A DNA stretch of 64,000 nucleotides from Chara braunii (taxonomy: Eukaryota > Plantae > Charophyceae): the NCBI GenBank assembly GCA_003427395.1, contig BFEA01000015.1:4662153-4726152 (forward strand), given 5' to 3'. Within the stretch, counting starts at the first letter, position 1. Each line of letters starts with the position of its first letter. The notes under the pieces were generated by a model. It had not been told where the DNA came from, did not search any database, and worked only from the letters and a program-made list of their open reading frames with translations. Position numbers and translations under genes: made by a program. Below, piece by piece: positions 24,291-37,118 of the stretch.

Positions 24291-25738
24291 CCCCAAAAGT
24301 TTCTCAGCGCATTTGGGCTGTACTCAGCAAGCGCAGTACAGCCCCGAACTCAGATTTGAAAAAAAAAAAAAGTGGATGGCTGCTTCTGACTGGTCAGCAG
24401 ACTGCCGACCGGTCGCCCCCACTGGTCGGCTGCAATACGGCCGGCGGGTATGATTGTCTTCATCTTTATCGGCACAGGAATAGTTGAGCAAACCTGAAGT
24501 TTTGTTGGTCCATGTCTTCGTCTCTCTCACCCTTGAATGGTGGTGGCTGATGCAACTCAGGCCATGGGGGCAGGTTGCCCTCTGTCTCAGTAGATGTCCC
24601 AGCTCCATGGTATGCTCTGGGTGCATGGAGACCTCTTTGGGGAGAGGAACGCCTGTGCATTGTGGTGGCAAGTCGCGCCCAACTGTGCAAGGATCTTGTT
24701 GACAGGAACTTTCGGTCTATATCCTGTTTTGTCGACTGCAGAACTCCTGCGGCCTGCAGTGTAGCTTCATGAGGTGTCGAAGGCTCACTTAGAGCATGCT
24801 GTGAATCAGACACCTCCTTTCTCGTCTCAGATTCCTCAATTGTTCTGATCTGCCGGTCCATCTCTCTCCTCCTCGTCTCCAACTCTTCCTTCGTTGGGTT
24901 CCATTCCTCTGGCACCCTCTCTATTCTTTCTCCCTCTTTTCCCTGGCAGCCTCCTGCCAAGGAGCCTCAGGGCTAGACTATTTATAGCGTCCCTTTCCCT
25001 CCCCTCTAGCTTTTGGCATCAAACCTGTTGCTTGACACCTCGTTCTCTCCATGCAAGGGTGCTCATGCAGTAATATGTAGGCGCGGAGCTGAATATATTT
25101 GTGGCACTCCTATGGTCCAAAATGAAAAATGTGCTGGTCCGAACAATCAGCATGGAAGTTTTCACCGGCTGAGATAGGTCGCTTGCTCCCCCTGGCCGGT
25201 CTTGGCAGGAGTCTGGAACCCGACCATCTCGCGCTAGGGGTGAGGAGCCTGGGTACTTCTCCCCATAAAGTAGAGCCGATAGGTACAGATGGGTTCAATT
25301 ACCAGTGGCAGTTAGCTATAGGTTTGGGCCATCTAGCTGTGTAAAGAACTTTGTCCTGGATATGTTTGGGTAAGATAGGTAATGTAGGCAGCGAGTGTGA
25401 GGTGGAAAAGTATTGGGAGAAGAAAGTAGTGTAGTGAATACAGATTTGCCCCATATATGAGGAGAAGACAGCTTAAACAAAAAAAAAAAAAAAAGGTAGG
25501 GAAGTCAGTCAACCATGTGTTGATACATGCGCTGCACCCGTCAATGACTACTAGCAGTTAACTACACAGCAGACATCTGTGATTGAAAGTCCTTTGGGGT
25601 GGTAAACAAATTGCTTGCACTTTGTTGATGCGGTCCGGACGTGGCGCTGATGTGCTGATGTTGTGTCACTGATATACCCGGAGCTGACATTTGATGATGG
25701 TGTGTAGATGGCCTGTAAAAGCGATATGGTCGTGACCA

Positions 25739-25750
25739 ACTCGGATACCA
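25739..25750 (-). other. Possible LTR-retrotransposon primer binding site (tRNA-iMet type)
   Basis: Minus strand reads ...AACA C TGGTATCCGAGT: an LTR-like CA end, 1-nt spacer, then a near match to TGGTATCAGAGC. Confidence 0.4.
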
Positions 25751-27833
25751 GTGTTAGAATTCTGAAGGATTTGATGAAATTGATGATTATTCACACGTGA
25801 CATCAGATATCGGAAACATATACAGCCTGCAGTTGTATAGATCTGGGTTCAAACGGAGCAGCTGCTCTATGAAGGAAATTATTGAAAACTCAGTCAAGTC
25901 CCTGCAGCTACAACCACAGTAAAAATGACGACGACATGCATACGGTTAGGCTGCACACGATAGGTGGGCTTTGCCTCCAGAGTACATACGGTGGCTCGGA
26001 GGTGGGCAAAATCAGAGCACTCAGCACAGCAGAAAAAATGCTCAAAGCGTACTGGCGATTTCAGTTGTGTAGTGGGGGATGTCTAGCTTTGACTTTGTGC
26101 CTTGCTCAAAGGAATCAAAATTATCCTCGGTATATAACTAATAAAGCCGTGCTGACTAGGCAAACGAAGAGGCACCTACGTAAGGTTGTCCTGTGTTTAG
26201 CCTCCCAATTGCGTGGTTTCTCTAGGAAATTGGGTAACTGAGGGCAGGTGTGCTCTTTTTGTATGATGGATTCTGCCCCTTGTCAAGCGGTAGAGGACCG
26301 CTAGAGGACCACCACTCGTGAGTAGAGCATTTGTAATCAGCATCTCACGAACTAGAAGAATGTTGAGTACGGTCTCTAACCACAGTTTGTAACGAAACTT
26401 ACGAAAGTGAAGTTTTTGTTTTTTCGTCTCTCAACCATGCCCCCCCTTTTTTTTTTGTCTTTCATTTTGGTTTTGCACGTCTCAGTAACGAGAGCAACTG
26501 TGAGTACTGTCTCTCCCTCAGAGGTCGAAAAAAACAGAACTGTCAATCCAATTGTTTACGTCTGGGGATCAGTAAAGAAGAGAGTATGTTGAAGGCTCGG
26601 ACCCTGGCAAGCTCTTTAGAATTTTCCCCTGCTATCTGTGATCAGGCTCAGGAAACTCAGCAATTCGATTGGAAAAAGAAAAAGAAAAAAAGAAAAGAAA
26701 AGCGAAGTCATCTAAAAAAGCTCTTGCCTTCCTCAGTTTTCATTGGAGCAAATGAAGAGAATCATTTGACGTTTGCCATGCTCAGCAGGTTCATTCTTGA
26801 TTTTCAACCCACCAGTGGTTAACAGGGTAAACTGTTTTCATTGCTGAAATCAGTTTTTTTTGGCCAAATTTTCACTCTTTTGCGACTTTTTTTTTTTTTG
26901 ACTGTTGGAATTGTGTCTGGACTCTGGTGACCATTTGTCAATGTTCTGAAGTGGTTTTGTCCATTGGAATTGTCTGTGGTAACCATTTCCAAACAGCACT
27001 GAAAATTCTGAAAATTCTCCGAATGCAAATTTTCATTCAAGTGCACTTTCGCCTCACCGTTTCACCCTGTTTTTCTTCTTTTTTCTTTCCTTTTTTTTTG
27101 CCTATCGTGTTTGGAGCCTTCGCATAAACCATGAGAGTCGGATTGAAAATCTGATAAGCCGTTTTTGTTGTGCATACTATGGAAACAGTTTCCCTGTAGA
27201 ATGGAATGCACACAGGGTACTTGTGCTCCAAAGGGGTCATCCGACCTCCATTTGCGTTTTCCTTTGGTCCACAACTCAGGCTATGCTACACTGCAAGTTC
27301 AGAAAAGTGGTCGGCCCGATGGTTCATATGACTTACCCCCGGTGTGGCTGAATGGTGCATTTGTGTAACTGATATTCCCCACCTCCTTTTACCCCAGTAA
27401 GTGGCATGGCATGGGTAAGAAATGTTTGAAGAGGAGATTTCTGGTGAAAGGCAGACTGCAAAAAGAATAGACTTCTTTTGAGATCTTAAATGGGATAGAT
27501 TTTGAAGCAGTTTTGGCCACCACATTGTGCTGAACAATTCGGCGGAGCTGTCCGAATTACTGCCCTTTGTGCCTGGAGGCTCGCAAGAGTCATTCAACAC
27601 ACAGTTTCTTGTCCTTCATCCAAATCTCTCCATTCTTTTATTAGAATTTCTTTATGTTTTTGTTAAAATTCTCCCCTTTTTTTGGCAGTTCTTTATTGTT
27701 GTGCATTTGTGTATGCTTCCCTGACATGTCTGTAAGGGATGGCAACTTCACATTTCCCCTCCCTCGAAAGCGGAAAAGGAGAATTCAAATTTGCATTGGG
27801 TTTGTCGCTTCCTCTGGCTTAATGTTTGTCCAG

Positions 27834-28031
27834 GCTGGTTGTCAAAGGCAAGCGTCAGCCCCCGGAGTATTTCAGTCTGACAGGTGGAGGAATTCCGCGT
27901 GAGCTGCGCAAGCTGATTGGAGACTGCCTTAACTATAAACCGACAAAGCGCCCGACATTTCATGCTATGCTATCAACCTTCTTGACACTTCTGAAAGAAA
28001 TACCCATCAGTGTACCTGCCAGCCCAGACAA
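27834..28031 (+). CDS. KEG: KEG exon 3: kinase C-terminus
   Basis: gtccag|G acceptor; LVVKGKRQPPEY...GGIPRELRKLIGDCLNYKPTKRPTF...PASPD; AA|GTGAGT donor. Confidence 0.93.
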
Positions 28032-31000
28032 GTGAGTATGCACTCTGATTCCTAGCACTGCTTTCTTGAAAGGGGTGACCATGGTTTTTGCCCCGGGCCC
28101 GTGCCCTGGGGTGCCGTTCCACCGGCAAGGATTTCTGACACAGAACTACACTGCATGACGGCTAGTGTGACCTGCTTCTTGACTTGAAAATTCAATTACG
28201 AATTTACGATCCTTACAGTGTGTAGATTCGCCTTTGGTATGGCCTTTGCTGACTGTACTCGACCTTTTGGCAGGGACGTTACTCGGTGCTTCTGTTTTTG
28301 TTTTGTTGTCGGTAGTTGTAGCCTCATTTCTTTCATTTTGTTTTTGCGTTTCTATTCGAACTTTTTGAACATTAAGGCACCAACCCCTAGGCTATCGTCT
28401 GAGGATGACACATATGCGAAATATTCACAGAAAAATGTAAAAGGGTATGTGACGTAACTGGAGTTTCATTTTTCTATTTCTGTCGATCCCAAATCAAAAA
28501 CATAAACTCGAGAAAATGAAGAAAACCCAGGGGAAAAAAAAAAACATGCACGGTCAAAACGAAGTCAGACGTTGTCAGAACCCATGCTACAGCGAAAGTG
28601 CCTTCCGAGTGGATCCGCTCTGCTCGGACAGATCTGGGCTGTTTGGATTGATCCTGATGACGGGTGGGGCTGCCCAAGAAATGACCAAAAAATCATTTTT
28701 ATTGTTTTTGCTGGATTTGGTTATGAATTTCGAGATGACCCTCGCCAAAAGTTGTTTGTATTGCAAGGTTTGGTGACATATCTTTTGTTGAGATCTTTTT
28801 GAATATCCTAAAAAATCGGATTTGGACTTTTCCGACATGACATGTACGTTTCCTGGACATTTTTCTCTGGCGTGGCTGTATACATCCGGCAAGTTTCGGG
28901 GGTCGGCCTACGAGGTCAAAATGGCCGGCGGCACCAGCCAAAAGAAGGCCAGCACTGGTTCCTGTTCTTTTTTTGGTGTGCAGCGCGTTTGGAGGCTAGG
29001 CAAAGGAAGGGGCAAAAGTACTGATGGTTTCACAGATTTGTAAATTATTCAGACAGGAGTGGGGCCTTGCCATCTGGCTCCAGACATCCAGACAGTCTGG
29101 ATGGCTGTTCGGACGTCTGGATACGGTGGATAGTAACCATGGCTTTACCCCTTAACTTCATTGTGAAGTGGGAAGCTCCTGACTTTATTTTGTTCATGTG
29201 ACTTGATCAGGATTTGACGTCGTGTTCCATTTACTAGTATGTACATGTGTGTACCATTCATCCACATGGGCGGGGTGATAGCTTGCTCTCCCAGTCTTGG
29301 GGTTATATGTGTTCTCTTTGTACAACTATTCTCTTTTTTGTCTCTATACAACCGTCTTCTTCGCTGAAGAGAAATGCATGAATCAATCTCATTTTTATGA
29401 ATGTCCCATCGTCATTAGAGCATGGGTGATTTATGTCGGGTAAGCAGCTGTGACTAGTGCAGGCTCATTCTTGAGTTTCAACCAGATTCCAAAATCCAGA
29501 CTCCTGGCGCTTATACGAGATGAGGCTCGAAGAGCGGTCATTTTTTGGGGACGTATACCTTGCAGTCCTTTGGGGAAGCTCGCTGCTGCGCTAGCTTTCT
29601 CAAGCCAAACATTGTATGGCGTACGTGTGCGCAGGATGCTATTGTAACGGTTCCACTTGGTGCCCTGCAGTTTTTGCGAGCTGCTTTCCTGGCCTTGTCA
29701 CCTGTGTCTCTTTGCCACTTGGCCTCACATCAACTCAGTCAATTTTCAATTCCCATTGGGTTCAGTCTAGATAAGAGCTTGGATGGTTGGATTTCGACGT
29801 ATGGTGTACCGTCACCACTTGTTTAGTTACCCACTACGTCTTTAGATTCAGTTATATATGGAGATTGAAAGAAGAAAGATCATCTCTCAAACAAAGCTCG
29901 TTTCGATCGCAAGAGATGAAGATAAAGTCCCAAAATCATCCTGAGGTTCTGAGTACGAGCCTTGTAATCTCGCTATGTGCTGGAACACCTCGGAAGGTGC
30001 AAAGTTCGAAGTCCTTCGCGCATAGATTTTGAGGCGAATGATCCCCATACATTGGGTTGTAAGTTGTAACAGGTAGGTTATCAGCAGGAAACCAATAGGA
30101 CGGCGCTAGTGCGTCTTAGCCAGCGACCGAGCTGTTTAGGATCCCCAGAGATTTTTACGTGAGAATTTGAACTAAAGAAAGTGCGCTCTTGCGCATTTGG
30201 CGTTCCATACTCTGATGCCGACTGTAGATATAAGGCTCTTGTGCTTTCGTAGTGGAAATAAGAGAGTTCTATCGATTGCGTTTTGAATTTCTGCATTCAG
30301 CTTACCTTTTCTTTTTCTGCACTTAAACCGCCAGTTCCCTGGCACACTGGCTGCCGAGCGTCTCTGCACCCAGCTTCCGAGCCTCTTCAGTCACAACGAG
30401 ATGAAGGTCATCGTTTGAAACGAATTAGGTAAGCCTGTCTCACAAATGGGGCCCATAGGGGTCTATGAGGGGGGCTAGCACTTCCAAGAAGATTAAAAAA
30501 CAAAACGGGTACAGGCCCTTGCAGAAAGCAAAAACGAAAAGGAAAGTCAGGTACAGTCAGGGCCTGGTTGCTCTGCACAGCATTCTACATGCACCTAGTC
30601 CTGAAACGACCCTGATTCGTTTGAGATGTTGGATCAGCACAAATGTGCATTGACATTTCTTTTTGCTTCTTTTTTGGGGAGGTGGCTGTGTCAGAAGAAC
30701 CTTGTTTTGGCTTACGCGATCGGTTCACTGTTTGTTTTTTTTTTCCTCTTTTCTTCTTTTGTTCTCTTTGGGCAGTGGGGCGGCAACAGATGGGCTGCCG
30801 TCCGTGGGAACCTCGTTCTGGCTCACGTGATTGGTTTCGCTTTTTTTTTTTTTTTTTTGACTTCTGTTTTGTTGTCAATTTTCTTTGCCGCTGATTTTTC
30901 TTTCCTTGCACCCCACGCACCGCCCAACTCCCCGCCCCCACTGCTTTTTGTTTTCCCCTGACTGCTCTAGACGGAAGTCCAGCCAAGAAGTTTGGGTTAT

Positions 31001-31346
31001 GTGGGTGATCGCTTATATTTGCAAACAATTGAGTGCACTTTTGGATATGTGGGTGTATGACCACTAGCATCTTATTTCAGGTAGGAGATGCCAAGTGGCC
31101 AAGGGAAATTACACTGCAGCTGCATAGCAAAGGGGGATGAGTACTGAGCCGCTCTGACTGACTTGTTGTCGAGATGGTCTGCTACTCTTGAGTGACTGTT
31201 TGGAGTTAGAATTGCCTGTCCTGCGGGGCTTATGTTCGTGGGTTTGAGCAGAGCGAGCTTCTATAGACAATCACAGCCAAAAGTGAAGAATGTAAACCTG
31301 ACCTGGCTCAGCCGTGTGCCTTTTCCATGGCTTGGATTGTGGGCAG

Positions 31347-31484
31347 TGATCAACTACCTCTCCAGAAGGAGCCGGACTTGGGATCAAGCTTGGAGCCTTC
31401 GCCAAATTCGACCTTGGATTTCGTGCAAGGTGTGGAGGTTGTATTACATCGGTTAGTCTCCGAAGGGGATGTCTCAGGAGTCAG
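31347..31484 (+). CDS. KEG: KEG exon 4: linker and first ankyrin repeat
   Basis: ggcag|T acceptor completes AAT (Asn); ...LHRLVSEGDVSGVR; AG|GTATAT donor. Acceptor has a weak pyrimidine tract, so the 5' boundary is less certain. Confidence 0.85.
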
Positions 31485-32352
31485 GTATATGCCCCATCAT
31501 CCGAAGCATACCTAAGACTGATTATGGTTTCTCTGGCAAATGAATAAATAGCCTGGGCAGTTGAATTACGCGTTTTTGCATCGTCAACATCTTTTCCTTA
31601 GGATGTGCTCACACCAGGACTCTCCTTGGTGTATCTGATCGCAACTGCAGGTGGTTTCAGCCCAGAAAATCCTTTTGCACATCCTTAATTCTTGTTCTTT
31701 TTCAGCTGTTTCCTGCAAGGGGGCAAGTCATCATTTCCTTTGATCTGAAAGGCGTATGTCCTTGCCTCATTGGTCGGCCTTCCTTCTCTGCTTTTGCTAT
31801 TTCATTCGAACTGCGAGGTTTGCAATGTTGTTTTTGGGGTCTCAGTGAACTAACACTCTATCCGACCCCCCCCCCCCCCCGAAGTGGGGTGGTGGTTTCC
31901 AAGAGGGTTGTGGGTAGGCTAAGCTCTCCAATTAGTGGATTGGCGGACTCTGTAAGCTTTTGAAATGATTCCGTCTCCTACAAAATATCTGATGGTCATT
32001 GATGGGGGGAGTATATAGCACCTGTGGTCCTGAAGACTATTAAGTGCCAGGTTGCATTTTTCTGACCTGGTTCCACCTCTGTCATCAATCAGGCTTGGAT
32101 GTGGTGGTGGTGGTTTGAAGTGGTTTGAACTTTGAAGTGCTGTGTTAGGTGTGAAATGAAGGGTTTTTGGCTGGGTGGTATTGAGAAATCTTGCAATTCC
32201 TGCCAGCTTTGTCTGGAGGTGCAGTGGACGGCAGTGGACGTGTTGCCGTGAATGTAATTTTCCTGCAATGGATCTCTCACTTTTGTGATGGATCTCTGAT
32301 CGGCTTTCTAACTTGCTCTGGATGGATGGTGGGCTGTTATGCTCTTCTGCAG

Positions 32353-32463
32353 GGACTTGCTCAATAGAGCAGCTGCAGGAAAGGCAGGCGTGAGTGTGGC
32401 TGCACTCTTGGAGAGCCGTAATGTAGAGGGCCAGACTGTCCTACACACTGCGGCAATGCGCGG
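32353..32463 (+). CDS. KEG: KEG exon 5: ankyrin repeat (absent from the ORF track)
   Basis: ttctgcag|G acceptor; DLLNRAAAGKAGVSVAALLESRNVEGQTVLHTAAMRG; GG|GTAGGT donor. Confidence 0.92.
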
Positions 32464-33227
32464 GTAGGTTCTTTACCATGCCTCGTTGCAATCACATCAC
32501 GCCCTTCCAATCTGGCATTGGTCATGGGTGCAAGCAGTTTGTCCCTTTTATTTGGTTTTCCTGGGGCATCCATTTGTCCTTTGATTTGGTTTTCCTTAGG
32601 CTTTGACATCTTCTCACAAGCCATCACATCTTGTCGGAAGCTTATCGCATGGTTGCTGGGGGCGGTCGTTGACATGTTTATGGAATTGCAGGAGGGGTAG
32701 TTTGCCGGCACTAAATTGTTTAGTGCATGCCATATGTGTCTCGGTGAAAGTACATGCGCATAAGCCTGATGGTGTGGTCTGGATTTGGGTTTGTTGCTCC
32801 TTTTACTGTTTTGCAAATGCCATGGTGTGGTCTGGATTTGCGTTTGTTGCTCCTTGCACTGTTTCACAATGCCAGTGTGTGAATCGCTGTATCTACAAGC
32901 TGTGGAAAGAAATATAGCACCCAGTGATCGCTTGTTCTATTCCTATTATTGGCGATTCGGTTCATTGAACCCAGACTGTTTTCCGGTATTGCAAGTTTGT
33001 TGAATTGTCGGTCACGGGCTTGTTATTTTTTGTGCTCATCTGCAAGGTGTGGAGATCTTCGTCTCACGATTAATATGGATGTGTTGGTTGTGACAAGAGG
33101 TGGTGGTGTGATGCTTGTGGTTTTGCCAAACAGTCCACCGAAATCGTAGTAGGCATTCCTATCCTTAGCAATCTGTGGACTGAACCGTAATCACTCTGTT
33201 GATTCCTCCTGTGCATCCTACACCCAG

Positions 33228-33453
33228 ATTTACTGAGATTGTGGAGTTGATCTTGGAGCACCCAGAAGCAGATGTGGAGGCTCAAGATAAGGATGGAGAC
33301 ACTCCCATTTTCTTTGCTGTGGCATCGGGTATGGTTGAGTGCTTACAAGCTCTTGCTAAGAAAGGGGCAGACGTAAATGCACGGCTCAAGGATGGACTTG
33401 GCCCGACCGTTGCTGTTGTATGCGCATTCCATGGGCATCCGGACTGTATGCGG
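33228..33453 (+). CDS. KEG: KEG exon 6: ankyrin repeats
   Basis: cccag|A acceptor; FTEIVELILEHPEADVEAQDKDGDTP...CAFHGHPDCMR; CGG|GTGAGT donor, phase 0. Confidence 0.94.
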
Positions 33454-33767
33454 GTGAGTTTAAATGGGGGATGATAACCTGATCTGTGGCATGACAGTCT
33501 GTACTCTGTGCAGATGTTTTAGTTACCTTTTTGCGGATGCTCTGTCTTTGTCAAAAAAGAAAACCCGATATCCCACTCGGCCTCTTCGTGCTTGGAATCT
33601 CAGAATAGCATTTTACTTCGGCCGAGATACTGGCTTGAATGTTGAAATTTGAGCTGCGGGTCAGTCTGATATAGCAGCAGCAGTCGGCGCAGAAGCTTAT
33701 CTGGTGGTTTGATCGAATGAATGATCTCCTTGTGGCACTAGGCTAACTGGTCTATGCTGCCATCCTA

Positions 33768-34040
33768 CCTTGTTCCCCCGAATACAATGCACGTCGCCAG
33801 ACGTGGTTAACGGGGACCGCCAGTTTCAGCTCCTGACTAACAGGTCCAAAACTGAAATTAGGGCTTGGGGGTCAAATTTTATGTTTTTTTTTCCTTTTTT
33901 TTTGCCTGTTTTTGTTTTGGTTCAAGGTGGTTGAGTAGCGAATTTGGTCTCACATTGCATGGTCATTATAGCTGTATTTGGGGCATCTTTCAGTCTAAAT
34001 ACAGCTATAATGACTGTGCGTTGTATTCGGGGGAAGGAGG
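33768..34040. mobile_element. Family C MITE interrupted by a 168-bp insertion
   Basis: Left piece 33768-33792 (25 bp) plus right piece 33961-34040 (80 bp) totals exactly 105 bp; TA precedes the left end. Confidence 0.7.
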
Positions 34041-34209
34041 AGGTCTAGTCGTCGACTACTAGTGTTTGCTACGCAAAATGTGGCAGGGTACCTGGTTGGA
34101 TAAAATTTGAGGATACATGTGCTCCGGTATATCGCCCCAGAGCCCAAAGCCTAACGTTCATGTGAGTTATAAAAAGCATATGTATGAAGACGATTTTGCT
34201 TCCCCCTTA

Positions 34210-34314
34210 TCGTCTTCGCCTGAATATAACGCCCGGTCATTATAGCTGTATTTGGCACAACTTTCCACCAAGATACGGCGATAATTACCGGGCGTTCTAT
34301 TCGGGTAAAGACTG
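34210..34314 (+). mobile_element. 105-bp MITE, family C
   Basis: TA|TCGTCTTCGCCTGAATATAACGCCCGG ... CCGGGCGTTCTATTCGGGTAAAGACTG; nearly fully palindromic. Confidence 0.7.
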
Positions 34315-34859
34315 ATCTCGTATACAGTGTGGTGACAACCATTTTGTCCTTTGTTAGAATGTACCTGGAACATGCAGATAGCCTGATGCGTGTGTTCTGC
34401 ACGCTGCTGTGATAGTTGCTATGGCACATTCTGGTATGCCAGAATTGTCATAATGGTTCATGCCCAGCAACAGGGAAGACTCTGCCTCGTTCGAAAGAGG
34501 GTAAAGGAAGAAACTAATTGACTTGGATTTTGAGGCTTTGAAATCGTGATAACAGCCTTGTCAGAGCATATACCCTGATTGCTGCAAGGCCTGTACAGAG
34601 CATGTTTCCTGCTGTCTGCACCATGCAGGCATGTCATGACAGGGCCAACATTACCATTCACAGAGGTAAATGGGAGGTTTGCCTTCACAGAGCAAAATGT
34701 TAATAACATGCATTTGTCTGAACACCTTCACCAGATCTAACAGAAAATTGTATATTGTAAGTCTGCTGCACCAGACATCAAGCAATTGTACTCTAGGGTC
34801 GAATGCCACTGCTGGAGGATTGCTCCTGATGTTGCAACGGCTCCGCATCTTGTCGTTGA

Positions 34860-36400
34860 AATTTTATAGGTGCTGTGGCGTATGCAGGCTGGAACCAGAT
34901 TTACCAGAACCTCCTACCCACAGAAAATGTAAAAAATTCAAAATTGTGGATCTTTCCGGGAGGCCTACTGAGAGCAATCCCCGATCTACGACCTGCAGCA
35001 TGTCTGGCATTCTGAAATGTATACTGTGAACCCTCTGCATACCTATATGCATCATATCTACAACGATTCTCTATGCAGTGTGTACCTATCCACAACAAAA
35101 TGGCAGTATTTGGGAAATTTATGCCCACAAGGGCTACAACATGTAACTTATGAAATGTACTATCGTGAGGCTTGCACAGAGCTGTACGATCCACTTCTTC
35201 CCCACCCTGCCAACAAAAACAGCTTCTGTCCGTTTGTCAATGGCCATGCTAATCTCTTATCTGTATCATTCCAATTTTAACGGATATCTCGACGGACTGA
35301 AGTCAAGTACTCTAATATCTATGACATACTTAGAACTATTCTATCTGCAGTGCACCTGCAATACCTTTAGTGAATCTATCTATTGATGATTCTCTGAACA
35401 TCTATGCCACGGATTTGACATTGACAACATATGTCTCCCAGAACTCGTAAGTGTGCACAGCCTACCTGGAATACTCTACAGACCTGCGACTATGTATCTG
35501 TATTTGCAAATGTTTAATGAACCTCGATCGATACTGTTTATGCTCGCTTCGACCTCAGCTACGGACCCTTGTGGACAATGCGGTGGAGCTAGTAATTTAC
35601 CTGAAAATACGATTCTCTCAACATTGCTCAGTGAACCGGCTGTGTCCATGGGAACCTCCATTCACAGTGTTGACGTCGTCTTTCCCAGAGGTTCTCTGAA
35701 CATCTATACAACGTGCAACTGATTTCGTAGTGCCCGGCCTATCTACACCTCTCTGTGAATCTATGACTGTGTAACTATGGCGGTAGATGCTCTAGTGGAT
35801 TCGCTTCTTTCTGTTACTGTGGTTTTCAGTTGTCTTCCGGAGACATTCTCTTTCTTTTGGACAACATGCTACTGCTGGCTGGCGATTTCCTTTTCCCAAA
35901 CCCTCAAAGACACCATCTGTAGACTTATGGCTATGGACCTATGGTCGAAACGGATTCTTTATAAGATTCCCTTATGCTCTTAGGGTTCGTTTTCCCTCAC
36001 CTTTGCTAAACATCCAATTTGTCCTCCACGTGCATTGCATGGTCATCGTAAAGAAACATTCTATCTGCACCCTCGCCGTCGAAAACGTTTTACCCTGGTA
36101 GGCATGTGATAGCTTGATCACATGAGAAGAGGAGGTTCCTGCAGAGCTGAAAGACTGTGGCAAACAACTTTTCATTAACACAGTCTTCCCAATGCTTGCA
36201 TTCTCTGTATGCGCCATCAGGCCGAATCGTTGGATTTAACTGTTCATCTAACGTACTCGTCTTGCCTCTCCTGTGATATTGTGGTATATCGATCAGAAAA
36301 GTTGCAGGTGGCATGCTGATGAATCCTTTGATCTAAAGCCATTTCCATTTCTACTGCTATTCTGATGAAAACCTGTTTCGCATGTCCGTTCATCTGTCAT
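34860..36400 (+). mobile_element. Decayed coding-like repeat, probably an LTR-retroelement relic
   Basis: Stop-interrupted reading (KIVDLSGRPTESNPDLRPAACLAF*NVY...) resembles, from memory only, repeat-derived hypothetical proteins of Chara; no diagnostic domain; boundaries approximate. Confidence 0.3.
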
Positions 36401-36960
36401 CCAGAACCGGCCCTGTCAGCCAAAGGTTTCCCCTGACCTGGACACTCAGCCCGGTCCAGGTTTGGACCAGGTTCACATCAGTTTAACATAATTCTGGTCC
36501 AGGTTCCGTGACGTACGTAACACGCCATTGATCATCAGTCCTTCGAATCGGGCGAGCAAAAGCTGTGCAGAAATCGTTGGAGGATTGTGGCCTTCCCTTC
36601 ATGTCGTGTCCCTGTGTGACTGATGATGAAGTAATGGCGGCAATGATTATCTGAATCCATGCGTTGCACTGTTCTGTAAATTGGACCAGTTTAAAAGGAT
36701 ATTCATATGATGCGATTGAGCAGCCGGTTGCCGTGTATGATGCACAAGATATCCACGTGATGTCCATGAACACCGGTAGCAGATCGGAATCTGACTCACT
36801 CTGAATTACGACTCTTCTTTGGAGCGGACGTTGGTGGATTTATAAATGCACTGTGCAGGGAAAAGTTTGTGGGGAATGAGCATGTGATTTGCGGCGCCTG
36901 CCTGGTGTACAGTTGTAACCTTGTCATGGTGTCTATGCCGTGGGTTGCATAATTCTACAG

Positions 36961-37118
36961 GAACTTCTGTTAGAAGGGGCCGATCCAAATACTGTGGATG
37001 ATGAAGGTGCAACCGTCTTGCACAGAGCAGTGGCAAAGGGACACACGGAGTGTGCCGTCGTCGTACTTGAGAATGGCGGTTGCAGGTCCATGGCTATTCC
37101 AAATGCGAAGGGCATGAC
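36961..37118 (+). CDS. KEG: KEG exon 7: ankyrin repeat
   Basis: ctacag| acceptor; ELLLEGADPNTVDDEGATVLHRAVAKGHTECA; AC|GTAAGT donor. Confidence 0.94.
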
